The notes under the pieces were generated by a model that searched no databases, was not told where the DNA came from, and saw only the letters and a program-made list of their open reading frames with translations. From NCBI GenBank assembly GCA_001314705.1, contig LJSU01000015.1, positions 6,505-70,504 on the forward strand: a DNA stretch of 64,000 nt. The letters are read 5' to 3'. The first letter of the stretch is position 1. Each line of letters begins with the position of its first letter. Positions 43,372 to 54,140 of the stretch are shown here, piece by piece. The position numbers and the translations under genes were made by a program. The DNA is from Rhodobacteraceae bacterium HLUCCO07 (GTDB lineage: Bacteria > Pseudomonadota > Alphaproteobacteria > Rhodobacterales > Rhodobacteraceae).

Positions 43372-43998
43372 ATGCGCAAGGTACTTGCGGCCCTGATCGG
43401 GCTTGTCCTTCTGGCGGGCTGCGCCGCCGACCCGGTCTGGGCACCCGAAGAGGCCGTGCAGGCGGCGCAATACCGCCATCCGGGTCCGCCACGCGTGACC
43501 CTGTTCACCATGGTCAGCAACGAAACCGGGGCGGGCGGGCATTCCTCGCTGATGATCAATGCCTCGCAGCGGGTCATCTGGGATCCGTCGGGCAGCTTCC
43601 ATCACGACACGATCCCCGAGCGTAACGACCTGCTATACGGCATCACCCCGGCGGTGGCCGATGTCTACACGCGCTACCATGCCCGCAAGACATGGCATGT
43701 GATCATCCAGGAACTAGATGTCACGCCAGAGGCGGCCGAACGGGCGTTTGCGCTGGCGCAGGGTTATGGCGCCGTGCCCAACGCCTATTGTGCCCATTCG
43801 ACGAGCGCGATCCTGCGCCAGTTGCCCGGGCTCGAAGGGATCCGCCAGACCATGTTGCCAGTCAAGCTCGCCGAGCAGATCCGCGAGGTGCCGGGCGTGC
43901 GCGAACGGGTGCTGCATGAATATGACAGCGACGACAATTCCCGCGTTCTCGAAGACTGGGACCCGGCGCGCTTTGCACTGTCGCAAAGCCCCGGTTGA
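43372..43998 (+). CDS. lipoprotein, hypothetical
   Basis: 208 aa with the lipobox LLAGC in MRKVLAALIGLVLLAGCAAD. Confidence 0.6.
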   Translation: MRKVLAALIGLVLLAGCAADPVWAPEEAVQAAQYRHPGPPRVTLFTMVSNETGAGGHSSLMINASQRVIWDPSGSFHHDTIPERNDLLYGITPAVADVYTRYHARKTWHVIIQELDVTPEAAERAFALAQGYGAVPNAYCAHSTSAILRQLPGLEGIRQTMLPVKLAEQIREVPGVRERVLHEYDSDDNSRVLEDWDPARFALSQSPG

Positions 43999-44034
43999 TC
44001 CCGCCGCCCCCGAAACCGGCGTCTGCCGACAGGC

Positions 44035-47000
44035 TCAGACCTCCTGCACCTCCACCACCCCCGGAAGGCTGCGGATCGCGCCCTTGATCTGTGGGTTCAC
44101 CGGGAACTCGCGCCCTGTATCGACCTCGACCTCGCCGGGCAGTTCGGGATTCATCAGGCAGAACCGGATCGGCCCGCGCCCGGCGTTGCGGATCTTGTCC
44201 TGCGCGTCCGAGAGAACATCGGCCACCGCACGGATCGCGGCCTGATCCTCGACGAAAATCCTCAGGCCCACCGCCCCCGCATCGGCCACCACCGCGTCGA
44301 TCGGCGCCACGGAGCGGCCCAGCAGCTTGAGCTGGTCGGCCTCCATCGTCGCCTCGGCGGTGATCACCACCTTCTCGCCGGTTTCCAGGAAATCGCGCGA
44401 TTTCTCGAGCGTTTCCGAAAACAGCGTCACCTCGTAGGCGCCGCTCACGTCCGAAAGCTGAACGAAGGCAAAGCGGTTGCCGCGCGCCGACTTGCGCTCC
44501 TGCCGTCCCGCGACCACCCCGGCCAGCTTGGCCAGATGCGGCCCGGCCTCTGCCTTGGCGCTGACCTCGTCGAGGCTCATCACCCCCTTGCGCTTGAGCA
44601 CCGCGGCGTAATCGTCAAGCGGATGCCCCGAAAGGTAGAAACCCACCGCGCGGAACTCCTCGCCCAATCGCTCGGCGGGCAGCCAGTCGCCCACCGGCGA
44701 AAGGCGCGGTTCGGGCAAATCGTCGCCCGCATCCCCGAACAGCGACACCTGGTTCGAGCTCTTTTGCTCGTGCACCGCGGCCGAATACCCCATCAGCGCC
44801 TCAAGCGACTCGAACACCCGGCGGCGGTTCTGGTCCAACTCGTCGAACGCCCCGGCCCGTGCCAGCATTTCAAGCGACCGCTTGCCCACCCGCTTGAGAT
44901 CGACCCGCCGGGCGAAATCGAACAGGGTGGCAAAGGGCTTGTCCTGCCCGTCCACGCGCCGCGCGTCGGTGATGAGCCGCATCGCCTCGACCCCCACATT
45001 CTTGAGCGCGCCCAGCGCGTAATGCAGCACCTGCCCGCGCACGGTGAACATCGCCTCGGAGCGGTTCACGCAGGGCGGCAACCAGTCCAGCCGCAGCCCC
45101 TTTTTCACCTCTTCGAAATAGACGCCCAGCTTGTCGGTGAGGTGAATATCGCAATTCATCACCCCGGCCATGAACTCCACCGGGTGATTGGCCTTGAGCC
45201 ACGCGGTCTGGTAACTGACCACCGCATAGGCCGCCGCGTGGGACTTGTTGAAGCCGTAGTTGGCGAACTTGTCCAAGAGGTTCCACACCTCGACGGCCTT
45301 GGCCTCGTCAATGCCGTTCTCCTTGGCGCCCGCGATGAACTTGGGCCGCTCGGCGTCCATCGCCGCCTGGATCTTCTTGCCCATCGCCCGGCGCAGCAGG
45401 TCGGCACCACCAAGGCTATAACCCGCCATCTCCTGCGCGATCTGCATCACCTGTTCCTGGTAAACGATGATGCCCTGGGTTTCATCCAGGATATGATCGA
45501 TGCTGGGATGCAGCGTATCGCGCTCGGACAAGCCGTTCTTGACCTCGCAGAATTTCGGGATGTTTTCCATCGGACCGGGGCGATAGAGCGCCACCAGCGC
45601 GATGATGTCCTCGATGCAGTCGGGCTTCATCCGCTTGAGCGCGTCCATCATACCCGAGCTTTCCACCTGGAACACCGCCACGGTGCGGGCGCGGGCATAG
45701 AGGTCATAGGTCTTGGCGTCATCGAGCGGGATCTGCCCGATATCGTTCTCGGCCCCCGGGAAGGGCGCGTAGATGGTGCTGCCATCCGCCGCGACATGCA
45801 GGCTGCGCCCCTCACCGTGGATCAGGTCCACCGCGTTCTGGATCACGGTCAGGGTTTTCAGCCCCAGGAAGTCGAACTTCACCAGCCCCGCCTGCTCAAC
45901 CCATTTCATGTTGAACTGCGTCGCCGGCATGTCCGAGCGCGGGTCCTGGTAAAGCGGCACCAGCTCGTCGAGCGGACGATCCCCGATCACCACCCCCGCC
46001 GCATGGGTCGAGGCGTTTCGCAAGAGCCCTTCGAGCTTCATCCCGTAATTCAGAAGCCGGTCCACGACTTCCTCGGCGCGCGCCGCCTCGCGCAGCCGGT
46101 CCTCCTGCGCCAGCGCCTGCTCGATCGACACCGGCTTGACGCCTTCGACCGGGATCATCTTCGAAAGCCGGTCAACCTGGCCATAGGGCATCTGCAACAC
46201 CCGGCCCACGTCGCGCACCGCGGCCTTGGACAAGAGCGCGCCAAAGCTGATGATCTGCCCCACCTTGTCGCGGCCATAGGTCTCCTGCACATAGCGGATC
46301 ACCTCTTCGCGGCGATCCATGCAGAAGTCGATGTCGAAATCGGGCATGCTGACCCGCTCGGGGTTGAGGAACCGCTCGAACAGAAGGCTATATCGCAACG
46401 GGTCGAGGTCGGTGATGGTCAGCGCATAAGCCACGAGGCTCCCCGCACCAGAGCCGCGCCCCGGCCCGACCGGGATGTCATGTTCCTTGGCCCATTTGAT
46501 GAAATCGGCCACGATCAGGAAATAGCCGGGAAAGCCCATCCCCTCGATGATGCCCAGCTCGAATTCGAGCCGCTTTTCGTAGTCTTCCACCGGCGCCGCA
46601 TGGGGAATGACCGCCAGCCGCGCGGCCAGCCCCTCCTTGGCCTGACGGCGCAGTTCCTCGACCTCGTCCTCGGCGAAACGCGGCAGGATCGGGTCGCGCC
46701 GATAGGCCATGAACGCGCAGCGCCGCGCGATTTCCACCGTGTTCTCGACCGCCTCGGGCAGATCGGCGAACAAGGTCACCATTTCCTGCGGGCTCTTGAA
46801 ATAATGCTGCGGGGTCAGGCGGCGGCGCGGCTCGGACTGGTCGACATAGGCGCCCTCCGCGATACAGATCAGCGCATCATGCGCCTCGTACATCTCGCTT
46901 TGCGGGAAATAGGCGTCATTCGTCGCGACCAGTGGCAGATCCATGTCATAGGCCATCTCGACCAGGCCGCGCTCGGTCGCCCGCTCGGCCTGTGGAAGGC

Positions 47001-47547
47001 CGTTTTCGCCCGGGTGGCGCTGCAACTCGACATAAAGCCGGTCGCCGAACATCGCCGCAAGGCGCTCCATCAACGCCCGCGCCGCCGGATTCTGTCCGCC
47101 CTGCAACAGCCGTCCGACCGGCCCGTCGGGGCCCCCGGTCAGGCAGATCAGCCCGCCGGAATACCGCTCGAGCTCGTCCATCGTGACCTGCGCCAACCCG
47201 CCGTGCTTGTCCACGTAAAGGCAGGAATTGAGCTTCATCAGGTTCCCGTACCCGCCCTCGTTCTGCGCCAGCAGAACCACCGGCGCGGGCATCCGCGGCT
47301 TTTCCCCCGGCGCGGAGTCGACATAGGCCAGATCGACCTGGCACCCGATGATCGGCTGCACCCCCGCCCCGCTCAGCGTCACGGAAAACTCCAGCGCCGC
47401 GAACATGTTGTTGGTGTCGGTCAGCGCGACCGCGGGCATCTGCATCCTGTCGCACAGCCCCGGCAACGACTTGAGCCGCACCGCCCCTTCCAGAAGCGAA
47501 TATTCGGAATGCACGCGAAGATGGATGAATCGGGGATCACTGCTCAT
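44035..47547 (-). CDS. dnaE: DNA polymerase III alpha subunit
   Basis: 1170 aa. PHP domain N-terminus FIHLRVHSEYSLLEGA, then GPGRGSGAGSLVAYALTITDLDP and FNKSHAAAYAVVSYQTAWLKANHP. Confidence 0.97.
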   Translation of the reverse strand: MSSDPRFIHLRVHSEYSLLEGAVRLKSLPGLCDRMQMPAVALTDTNNMFAALEFSVTLSGAGVQPIIGCQVDLAYVDSAPGEKPRMPAPVVLLAQNEGGYGNLMKLNSCLYVDKHGGLAQVTMDELERYSGGLICLTGGPDGPVGRLLQGGQNPAARALMERLAAMFGDRLYVELQRHPGENGLPQAERATERGLVEMAYDMDLPLVATNDAYFPQSEMYEAHDALICIAEGAYVDQSEPRRRLTPQHYFKSPQEMVTLFADLPEAVENTVEIARRCAFMAYRRDPILPRFAEDEVEELRRQAKEGLAARLAVIPHAAPVEDYEKRLEFELGIIEGMGFPGYFLIVADFIKWAKEHDIPVGPGRGSGAGSLVAYALTITDLDPLRYSLLFERFLNPERVSMPDFDIDFCMDRREEVIRYVQETYGRDKVGQIISFGALLSKAAVRDVGRVLQMPYGQVDRLSKMIPVEGVKPVSIEQALAQEDRLREAARAEEVVDRLLNYGMKLEGLLRNASTHAAGVVIGDRPLDELVPLYQDPRSDMPATQFNMKWVEQAGLVKFDFLGLKTLTVIQNAVDLIHGEGRSLHVAADGSTIYAPFPGAENDIGQIPLDDAKTYDLYARARTVAVFQVESSGMMDALKRMKPDCIEDIIALVALYRPGPMENIPKFCEVKNGLSERDTLHPSIDHILDETQGIIVYQEQVMQIAQEMAGYSLGGADLLRRAMGKKIQAAMDAERPKFIAGAKENGIDEAKAVEVWNLLDKFANYGFNKSHAAAYAVVSYQTAWLKANHPVEFMAGVMNCDIHLTDKLGVYFEEVKKGLRLDWLPPCVNRSEAMFTVRGQVLHYALGALKNVGVEAMRLITDARRVDGQDKPFATLFDFARRVDLKRVGKRSLEMLARAGAFDELDQNRRRVFESLEALMGYSAAVHEQKSSNQVSLFGDAGDDLPEPRLSPVGDWLPAERLGEEFRAVGFYLSGHPLDDYAAVLKRKGVMSLDEVSAKAEAGPHLAKLAGVVAGRQERKSARGNRFAFVQLSDVSGAYEVTLFSETLEKSRDFLETGEKVVITAEATMEADQLKLLGRSVAPIDAVVADAGAVGLRIFVEDQAAIRAVADVLSDAQDKIRNAGRGPIRFCLMNPELPGEVEVDTGREFPVNPQIKGAIRSLPGVVEVQEV

Positions 47548-47620
47548 GCCCCGAGACTACCCGCAGCACGGCGCATGCGAAAGCACCAACCCGGCAGAAA
47601 ACGCCCCGGGGCGATCCACC

Positions 47621-48448
47621 TCACCCAGCCGGCTCTGCGACCAATCCGGTGATCCGCCCCCGCCAATAGGGGGCGAAGCCCTCGTCCCCGACATAACCGA
47701 CCTCGGCGCGCAGGGGCACACGCCGTCCGCCGATCATGTCATAGTCGTGGAACCGCCCGTGCCAGTCGCGCAAGACGCTGCGCCCGTCCGGCCCGGTCGC
47801 CGGGCGGTCGCGTGCATTCATCTCGACGATGTCGCCGCCAGCATCCAACGTGAAACACACCACCGCGTCGCGTGGTGTCATGGCCAGCCACGCCTCGATC
47901 CGGCCATCTTCCAACACCCGCCACTGGACCGCACGGTTTGCCAGAACGGCGTCCGGCGCCCATGGCAATTCGGCAAGATAGCGCATCGCCTCGCCCCGAT
48001 CCATCTCGCCGCCCTCCGCACGCGCCACCGGCACCGACCCCAAGAGCCGCGCCGCAAGCAGGCCGCGCCCCTCCACGTAGCTGTCGATCACCCGCAGGGT
48101 CACGAAAGGACCGCGCGCCTGCCACGCCTCCCAGACGAAACCGGGGGCCGCAACGCCGATCACCTGTCGCGCTGCAATCAGCTGCCACCCCTTGCCCGGG
48201 GCCAATGCCATCTCCGCCTCTTGCGTCAGCCGCACCGCGCGCGCCGCCGGCTCTTGCCCGCCCGTGCCTCGCAGGCCAAGCGCGGCAACCGCATCCGGAA
48301 GATCGTCGCGCATCCCGTCCGGTGCAGGCCCCGCCATGACCTGTCCGGCCAATGCCGCAGCCTGCTTGCGAAACCGCCACGCGGCCCACATCTGCAAACC
48401 GCCCAGCACCGCCAGCCCGCCAAGAACACCTGTCACCACCACCATCAT
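47621..48448 (-). CDS. conserved hypothetical protein with N-terminal TM helix
   Basis: 275 aa. MMVVVTGVLGGLAVLGGLQMWAAW, then a soluble domain. Coding-like third-position GC. No family recognised with certainty. Confidence 0.55.
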   Translation of the reverse strand: MMVVVTGVLGGLAVLGGLQMWAAWRFRKQAAALAGQVMAGPAPDGMRDDLPDAVAALGLRGTGGQEPAARAVRLTQEAEMALAPGKGWQLIAARQVIGVAAPGFVWEAWQARGPFVTLRVIDSYVEGRGLLAARLLGSVPVARAEGGEMDRGEAMRYLAELPWAPDAVLANRAVQWRVLEDGRIEAWLAMTPRDAVVCFTLDAGGDIVEMNARDRPATGPDGRSVLRDWHGRFHDYDMIGGRRVPLRAEVGYVGDEGFAPYWRGRITGLVAEPAG

Positions 48449-48713
48449 GTCACGCCCCCCAACCGAGGAAACGGCAAGGCTGCCTCTTTCCCGTGCACCC
48501 TGTCAATTTGCATATGTTTATCGCCGCCCATCGAAAATATCACCTTGATTATCTACGCATCATTGAAAGAGTTTATGGGTGCCACGGCGAATCCCTGCTT
48601 GCACGAATCCGGACAAACCCGTTTTCTTATTGTCATAATCAGGGGGCGCAGGCCCGAAGAATGAAACAGACGCAGCCAGCGGCCGCCCCGGCGGCGCGCC
48701 AAGGGGAAACCGC

Positions 48714-50240
48714 GTGACAGGGACGTTGCTTTCGATTCAAGGTCTGACCAAGGCCTATCCCGGTGTCGTGGCCAACGATTCGGTCTCGTTCGACATAGGC
48801 ACCGGCGAGATTCATGCGCTGCTGGGCGAGAACGGTGCGGGGAAATCCACCCTCGTCAAGATGATCTACGGCCTTGTCAAACCCGACAGCGGCACGATGG
48901 AAATGCGCGGTGCGCCCTATGCCCCGCCGGAACCGCGCTCGGCGCGCCTTGCGGGTGTCGCCATGGTGTTCCAGCATTTCTCGCTCTTCGACGCGCTTGA
49001 CGTGTCCGAGAACATCGCGCTCGGCATGGAGAACCCGCCGCCGCTGCGCGACCTGGCCGCGCGCATCCGCACCGTCTCCGAGGAATACGGCCTGCCGCTC
49101 GACCCTTACCGCACCGTCGGCGGCCTTTCGGCCGGGGAACGCCAGCGGGTCGAAATCATCCGCTGCCTGCTGCAGGACCCCAAGCTCCTGATCATGGACG
49201 AACCGACCAGCGTCCTGACCCCGCAAGAGGTCGAGATCCTGTTCGAAACCCTCAACAAGCTGCGCCAGGAAGGCACCTCGATCCTCTATATCAGCCACAA
49301 GCTCGAAGAGATCCGCGCCCTTTGCGATACCGCCACGATCCTGCGGCTGGGCAAGAACGTGGGCACCTGCGACCCGCGCGAGAAGAGCGCGCGCCAAATG
49401 GCCGAGATGATGGTCGGCAGCGAATTGCAGACCCCGAAAGGGGCCGGAGCGACACCCGGCGAGGCGGTGCTCGATGTGTCAGGGCTCACGCTGCCTGCGC
49501 CCACCAAGTTCGGGACCGCGCTCAAGAACGTGCACCTGCGGCTGCACACCGGCGAGGTTCTGGGCATCGGCGGGGTCGCGGGAAACGGCCAGGACGAGCT
49601 GCTGGCCGCGCTTTCGGGCGAGATGCGCGCCGCCCGCGACGCGATCCGCCTCAAGGGGCAGGATATCGGCCATCTCGGCCCCACTGCGCGGCGCCGCCGC
49701 GGCCTGCTCGCCGCCCCCGAGGAGCGCCTCGGCCATGCCGCCGCCCCCGACATGAGCCTGACCGAGAACGCGCTTCTCACCGGCGCGGTGCGCGAAGGTC
49801 TCGCGACGAACGGCTTTCTCAGGTGGGGCAAGGCACGCAAGTTCGCCGAAAGGATCATCGAGACATTCGATGTCCGCACCCCAGGACCAGACAGCGTTGC
49901 GCGGTCGCTCTCGGGGGGTAACCTGCAGAAATTCGTCATCGGCCGCGAGGTGCTCCAGCGCCCCGAGGTCCTGGTGGTGAACCAGCCAACCTGGGGCGTC
50001 GACGCCTCGGCCGCCGCCGCGATCCGCCAGGCACTGCTCGATCTGGCGGGCGATGGCACCGCCGTTCTGGTGATCAGCCAGGATCTCGACGAACTCATGG
50101 AAGTGGCCGACCATTTCGCCGCGCTGAACGAGGGGCGGCTGACCGAGACACGGCGCACCGCGGATCTGACGATCGAGGAAATCGGCCTGATGATGGGCGG
50201 CGCCCATGACGGGATGGAGGTGGCGCATGTTGAAGCTTGA
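48714..50240 (+). CDS. ABC transporter ATP-binding protein, duplicated ATPase (BMP/nucleoside-type importer)
   Basis: 508 aa with a GTG start. Two Walker A/ABC signature sets (GENGAGKST, LSAGERQRVEI, LSGGNLQKFVI). Confidence 0.9.
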   Translation: MTGTLLSIQGLTKAYPGVVANDSVSFDIGTGEIHALLGENGAGKSTLVKMIYGLVKPDSGTMEMRGAPYAPPEPRSARLAGVAMVFQHFSLFDALDVSENIALGMENPPPLRDLAARIRTVSEEYGLPLDPYRTVGGLSAGERQRVEIIRCLLQDPKLLIMDEPTSVLTPQEVEILFETLNKLRQEGTSILYISHKLEEIRALCDTATILRLGKNVGTCDPREKSARQMAEMMVGSELQTPKGAGATPGEAVLDVSGLTLPAPTKFGTALKNVHLRLHTGEVLGIGGVAGNGQDELLAALSGEMRAARDAIRLKGQDIGHLGPTARRRRGLLAAPEERLGHAAAPDMSLTENALLTGAVREGLATNGFLRWGKARKFAERIIETFDVRTPGPDSVARSLSGGNLQKFVIGREVLQRPEVLVVNQPTWGVDASAAAAIRQALLDLAGDGTAVLVISQDLDELMEVADHFAALNEGRLTETRRTADLTIEEIGLMMGGAHDGMEVAHVEA

Positions 50241-51309
50241 GAAACGCCCGCAACCCAGCCGGGTGTTCGCCTATCTCACGCCGGTCCTGGCCGTCATCGC
50301 CACCATGTTCGCGGGGGGGCTGCTGTTTGCCGCGCTGGGCAAGAACCCGGTCGAGGCGATCCGCACCATCTTCTGGGATCCGCTCTTTGGCGATTTCGCC
50401 GCCTATTATCGCCCGCAACTGCTGGTCAAGGGTGGCCCGCTCATCCTCATCGCGATCGGGCTGTCGCTGGGCTTTCGCGCCGGGATCTGGAACATCGGCG
50501 CGGAGGGGCAATACATCGTGGGCGCGCTTTGCGGCGCGGCGGTGGCGCTCGCCTTCTACCCGCTCGAGGCGTGGTATATCTTCCCGCTGATGGTGCTCGC
50601 GGGGGCATTGGGCGGGTTGGTCTGGGGCATGATCCCGGCGCTTCTCAAGGTGAAATTCGGCACCAACGAGATCCTGGTCTCGCTGATGCTGGTCTATGTG
50701 GCCGAGAACCTGCTCGCGGCGATGGCGCTGGGGCGGATGAAGAACCCCGAGGGCCGGGGCTTTCCCGGTTCGCGCAACCTCAAGGAATATCCCTCGGCCT
50801 TCAATGACGAGGTGTTCGTCGGCACGGGCATGCACTGGGGCGTGCTCACCGCCTTCCTGGCGGTGATCTTCGCCTATGTGCTGCTCAGCCGGCACATGCT
50901 GGGCTTCTCGATCCGCCTGAGTGGCGAGGCGCCGCGCGCCGCGCGCTTCTCGGGCGTCAACCCGGCGCGGATCGTGCTCTTCTGCCTCGGGATTTCCGGG
51001 CTGATGGCGGGCCTTGCAGGCATGTTCGAGGTCTCGGGCCCGTCGGGCCAGATCAGCATCGACTTCAACGTGGGCTATGGCTTTACCGCGATCATCGTGG
51101 CCTTTCTCGGGCGGCTGCATCCGGTGGGTATCCTTCTGGCCGGTCTGCTGATGGCGCTCACCTATATCGGTGGCGAGATCGCGCAGGGGAACCTCGGCCT
51201 GCCCTCGGCGGCGATCCAGCTTTTCCAGGGGATGCTGCTCTTCTTCCTGCTGGCGGTGGACATGTTGACCAATTACCGTATCAGCCTCGTCAAACGGGAG
51301 GCCACATGA
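50227..51309 (+). CDS. ABC transporter permease
   Basis: ORF 50206..51309. Polytopic. Start at ATG 50227 (MLKLEKRPQ) overlaps the ATPase gene end. Confidence 0.8.
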   Translation: MLKLEKRPQPSRVFAYLTPVLAVIATMFAGGLLFAALGKNPVEAIRTIFWDPLFGDFAAYYRPQLLVKGGPLILIAIGLSLGFRAGIWNIGAEGQYIVGALCGAAVALAFYPLEAWYIFPLMVLAGALGGLVWGMIPALLKVKFGTNEILVSLMLVYVAENLLAAMALGRMKNPEGRGFPGSRNLKEYPSAFNDEVFVGTGMHWGVLTAFLAVIFAYVLLSRHMLGFSIRLSGEAPRAARFSGVNPARIVLFCLGISGLMAGLAGMFEVSGPSGQISIDFNVGYGFTAIIVAFLGRLHPVGILLAGLLMALTYIGGEIAQGNLGLPSAAIQLFQGMLLFFLLAVDMLTNYRISLVKREAT

Positions 51310-52229
51310 TGGACATGGATTCGATCACGCCGGCCCTGCTGCTGGCCTCGCTCATGGTGGCGGCCACGCCGATCCTGCTGGCCGGCATAGGCGAGCTGGT
51401 CGTCGAACGCGCCGGCGTTCTCAATCTCGGGGTCGAGGGGATGATGATCACCGGCGCGATCTTCGGGTTCGCGGTCACCATCGAAAGCGGCTCGCCGATG
51501 CTCGGCTTTGCCGCCGCGGCGGCGGGGGGCGCGGGGCTGGCGTTGCTCTTTGCCGCGCTCACCCAGCTCGCGCTGGCCAACCAGGTGGCCTCGGGCCTTG
51601 CGCTCACGCTTTTCGGGCTGGGGCTGTCATCACTCCTGGGCCAGGATTACGTAGGGCTGAAACCCGTCCAGCCCCCGGCCTTCAAGATCCCGCTCCTGTC
51701 GGATATTCCGTTTATCGGGCGTGTGTTCTTTTCGCATGACCTGATGGTCTATTTCGGTCTCGGACTGGTGGCCGCGGTCTGGTTCATGCTCAAGTACACG
51801 CGCGCCGGTCTGATCCTGCGCGCGGTGGGCGAAAACCACCATGCCGCCCATGCGCTGGGCTACAAGGTGGTGCGCATCCGTATCCTCGCGATCCTGTTCG
51901 GGGGCGCCTGTGCCGGGCTGGGCGGTGCCTATATCAGCCTCATACGCGTGCCCCAATGGACCGAAGGCATGACCTCGGGCGCGGGCTGGATCGCGCTGGC
52001 GCTCGTTGTCTTTGCAAGCTGGAAACCGGGCCGGGTGCTGCTCGGTGCCTGGCTTTTCGGCGGCGTGACCGTTCTGCAACTCAATTTGCAGGCCGCGGGG
52101 CTTGCCATTCCGGTCGAATATCTGTCCATGTCACCCTATCTGATCACCATCCTCGTGCTGGTCATCATGTCAGCGGACAAGAGCCGCGCCCCCGCGTCTC
52201 TTGGCCGTATATTCCACGCCTCGGGCTAA
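51306..52229 (+). CDS. ABC transporter permease
   Basis: 307 aa, polytopic. ATGA overlap with the preceding permease gene. Confidence 0.8.
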   Translation: MMDMDSITPALLLASLMVAATPILLAGIGELVVERAGVLNLGVEGMMITGAIFGFAVTIESGSPMLGFAAAAAGGAGLALLFAALTQLALANQVASGLALTLFGLGLSSLLGQDYVGLKPVQPPAFKIPLLSDIPFIGRVFFSHDLMVYFGLGLVAAVWFMLKYTRAGLILRAVGENHHAAHALGYKVVRIRILAILFGGACAGLGGAYISLIRVPQWTEGMTSGAGWIALALVVFASWKPGRVLLGAWLFGGVTVLQLNLQAAGLAIPVEYLSMSPYLITILVLVIMSADKSRAPASLGRIFHASG

Positions 52230-52276
52230 CCGGCCCGGGGATGCTGCCAACTCGAACCAACAGGGAGTCACCAATC

Positions 52277-53350
52277 ATGAAACTCACCCATATCCTTGCC
52301 AGTGCCGCCATGGCGCTTGGCCTTGCCACCGCGGCGGTGGCACAGGACAAGACCAAGGTCGGCTTCATCTATGTCGGGCCCGTCGGCGACGGCGGCTGGA
52401 CCTATGAACACGACCAGGCCCGCAAGGCCGTGGTCGAGCATTTCGGCGACAAGGTCGAAACCGTCTATCAGGAAAGCGTGCCCGAGGGCGCCGACGCCGA
52501 ACGCGCGATCAGCCAGATGGCGCTTCAGGGGGCGGACCTGATCTTTACCACCTCGTTCGGCTTCATGGATGCCACCGTCGACGTGGCCAAAAAATTCCCG
52601 GACGTGAAATTCGAACACGCCACCGGCTACAAGACCGCCGAGAACCTCTCGGTCTATTCCGCGCGCTTCTACGAGGGCCGCGCCATCCAGGGCCACATCG
52701 CCGGCAAGATGACAGAGTCGAACACCGTCGGTTATATCGCCTCCTTCCCGATCCCAGAGGTCATCCGCGGCATCAACTCGGCCTTCATTCACGCCCGCAA
52801 GGCTAACCCCGATGTCGAGTTCAAGATCATCTGGGCCTATACGTGGTTCGACCCGGCGAAAGAGGCCGACGCCGCCAAGGTCCTGATCGAACAGGGCGCC
52901 GACGTGATCCTGCAACACACCGATTCGACCGCCCCGCTCGCCGCCGCGGAGAAAGCGGGCAACGTGATCGGCTTCGGACAGGCATCCGACATGGCCGAAT
53001 ACAAGCCCAGCCCGCGCGTCTCTTCGATCATCGACGACTGGGCCCCCTACTACATCGACCGGGTTCAGGCGGTGATGGACGGCACATGGGAAACCAAGGA
53101 CACATGGGACGGCATCGGCCCGGGCATGGTCGGCATCGGCGAGATCACCGACGCGGTTCCGGAAGATGTGAAGGAAGAGGCACTGGCCATGAAAGAGGCA
53201 ATCGCCAGCGGCGAATACCACCCCTTCACCGGCCCGCTTAACAAGCAGGACGGCACGCCGTGGCTTGCCGAGGGCGAAGTGGCCGATGACGAGACGCTCC
53301 TGGGCATGGATTTCTATGTCGAGGGTCTGAGTAGCGAAATCCCGGATTGA
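52277..53350 (+). CDS. BMP-family ABC transporter substrate-binding protein
   Basis: In-frame part of ORF 51956..53350. Signal peptide MKLTHILASAAMALGLATAAVA, then KVGFIYVGPVGDGGWTYEHD... typical of Bmp/PnrA-type binding proteins. Confidence 0.85.
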   Translation: MKLTHILASAAMALGLATAAVAQDKTKVGFIYVGPVGDGGWTYEHDQARKAVVEHFGDKVETVYQESVPEGADAERAISQMALQGADLIFTTSFGFMDATVDVAKKFPDVKFEHATGYKTAENLSVYSARFYEGRAIQGHIAGKMTESNTVGYIASFPIPEVIRGINSAFIHARKANPDVEFKIIWAYTWFDPAKEADAAKVLIEQGADVILQHTDSTAPLAAAEKAGNVIGFGQASDMAEYKPSPRVSSIIDDWAPYYIDRVQAVMDGTWETKDTWDGIGPGMVGIGEITDAVPEDVKEEALAMKEAIASGEYHPFTGPLNKQDGTPWLAEGEVADDETLLGMDFYVEGLSSEIPD

Positions 53351-53374
53351 TCGACCTTTCCGCGACGACACGGG

Positions 53375-53405
53375 AAAAGGCCCTGCCCTCGCGCAGGGCC
53401 TTTTT
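53375..53405. terminator. bidirectional intrinsic terminator
   Basis: AAAA-GGCCCTGC-CCTCGC-GCAGGGCC-TTTTT, between the converging ABC operon and the lrp-like gene. Confidence 0.75.
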
Positions 53406-53524
53406 CATTGCGCGAAGGGGCCGCCGAAACCGCCGAGGGCCAGCCCGGTCCGAACCCGCGGCCCTGAGGCTCCCGCGCATGTTCGGGCACGCCTCGCCCG
53501 AGCATCGCCCCCTGGCTTGCCCGC

Positions 53525-53983
53525 CTACCTTCCCAGATAGAACCCCTGGAACTCCTTCACTGTCGACAGGCTCAGCAGCGTTTTCATCTGCGTGACCGAG
53601 GGGAGTTCCGACAGCCGGTCACGATAGAGCTTCTCATAATCCTCGGTCGAGCGCGCGGCGACACGGATCAGGTAATCGAACTCGCCCGAGATCAGGTGAC
53701 ATTCGAGTACCTCGTCCATCTCGCGGATCGCCGCCTCGAAGGTGCGGATATTCTCCTTGCGCTGGGATTCGAGCTTGATCTCGATGAAGACCTGGAATTC
53801 GAGCCCCACCGCGCGCCGGTTGAGCCGGGCAGCGTAGTGCGAGATCTTGCCGTCGCTCTCAAGGTTCTTGACCCGCCTGTGACAGGCCGAAAGCGACAAT
53901 CCGACCCGCTCGGAGAGGCGCGCCATCGAGATCTGCCCCTCACGCTGCAAGATGGAAAGTATCTTAGTATCAATCCGATCCAT
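53525..53983 (-). CDS. Lrp/AsnC family transcriptional regulator
   Basis: ORF 53525..54070. MDRIDTKILSILQREGQISMARLSERVGLSLSACHRRVKNLE is the HTH, followed by an RAM domain. Start at ATG 53983. Confidence 0.85.
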   Translation of the reverse strand: MDRIDTKILSILQREGQISMARLSERVGLSLSACHRRVKNLESDGKISHYAARLNRRAVGLEFQVFIEIKLESQRKENIRTFEAAIREMDEVLECHLISGEFDYLIRVAARSTEDYEKLYRDRLSELPSVTQMKTLLSLSTVKEFQGFYLGR

Positions 53984-54140
53984 TGTAAATATTCCCAGTT
54001 TTCCTGATTTTCTTCGATTATTTTGCAAAATTTTTCGACTCTGATGCAAGCTTGGGATTTTTTCTTTCAACGATCTGCCTATTCTGAACCTGCGTCAAAA
54101 CGGCGCAAGCAACCCCAAGGAACCCTCAAAGGAGGAAAAG

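Noticed and set aside
44536-47652. Very long ORFs opposite or out of frame with recognised genes. Examples are 1038 aa opposite dnaE, 870 aa at 60639..63251 opposite the dehydrogenase, 549 aa at 7151..8800, 558 aa at 39873..41549, 701 aa at 19863..21968 and 583 aa at 8797..10548.
   Set aside because: Their translations are dominated by Arg, Gly, His, Pro and Asp with no recognisable motifs. The opposite-strand products are clearly conserved proteins. Long stop-free antisense frames are expected in DNA this GC-rich.
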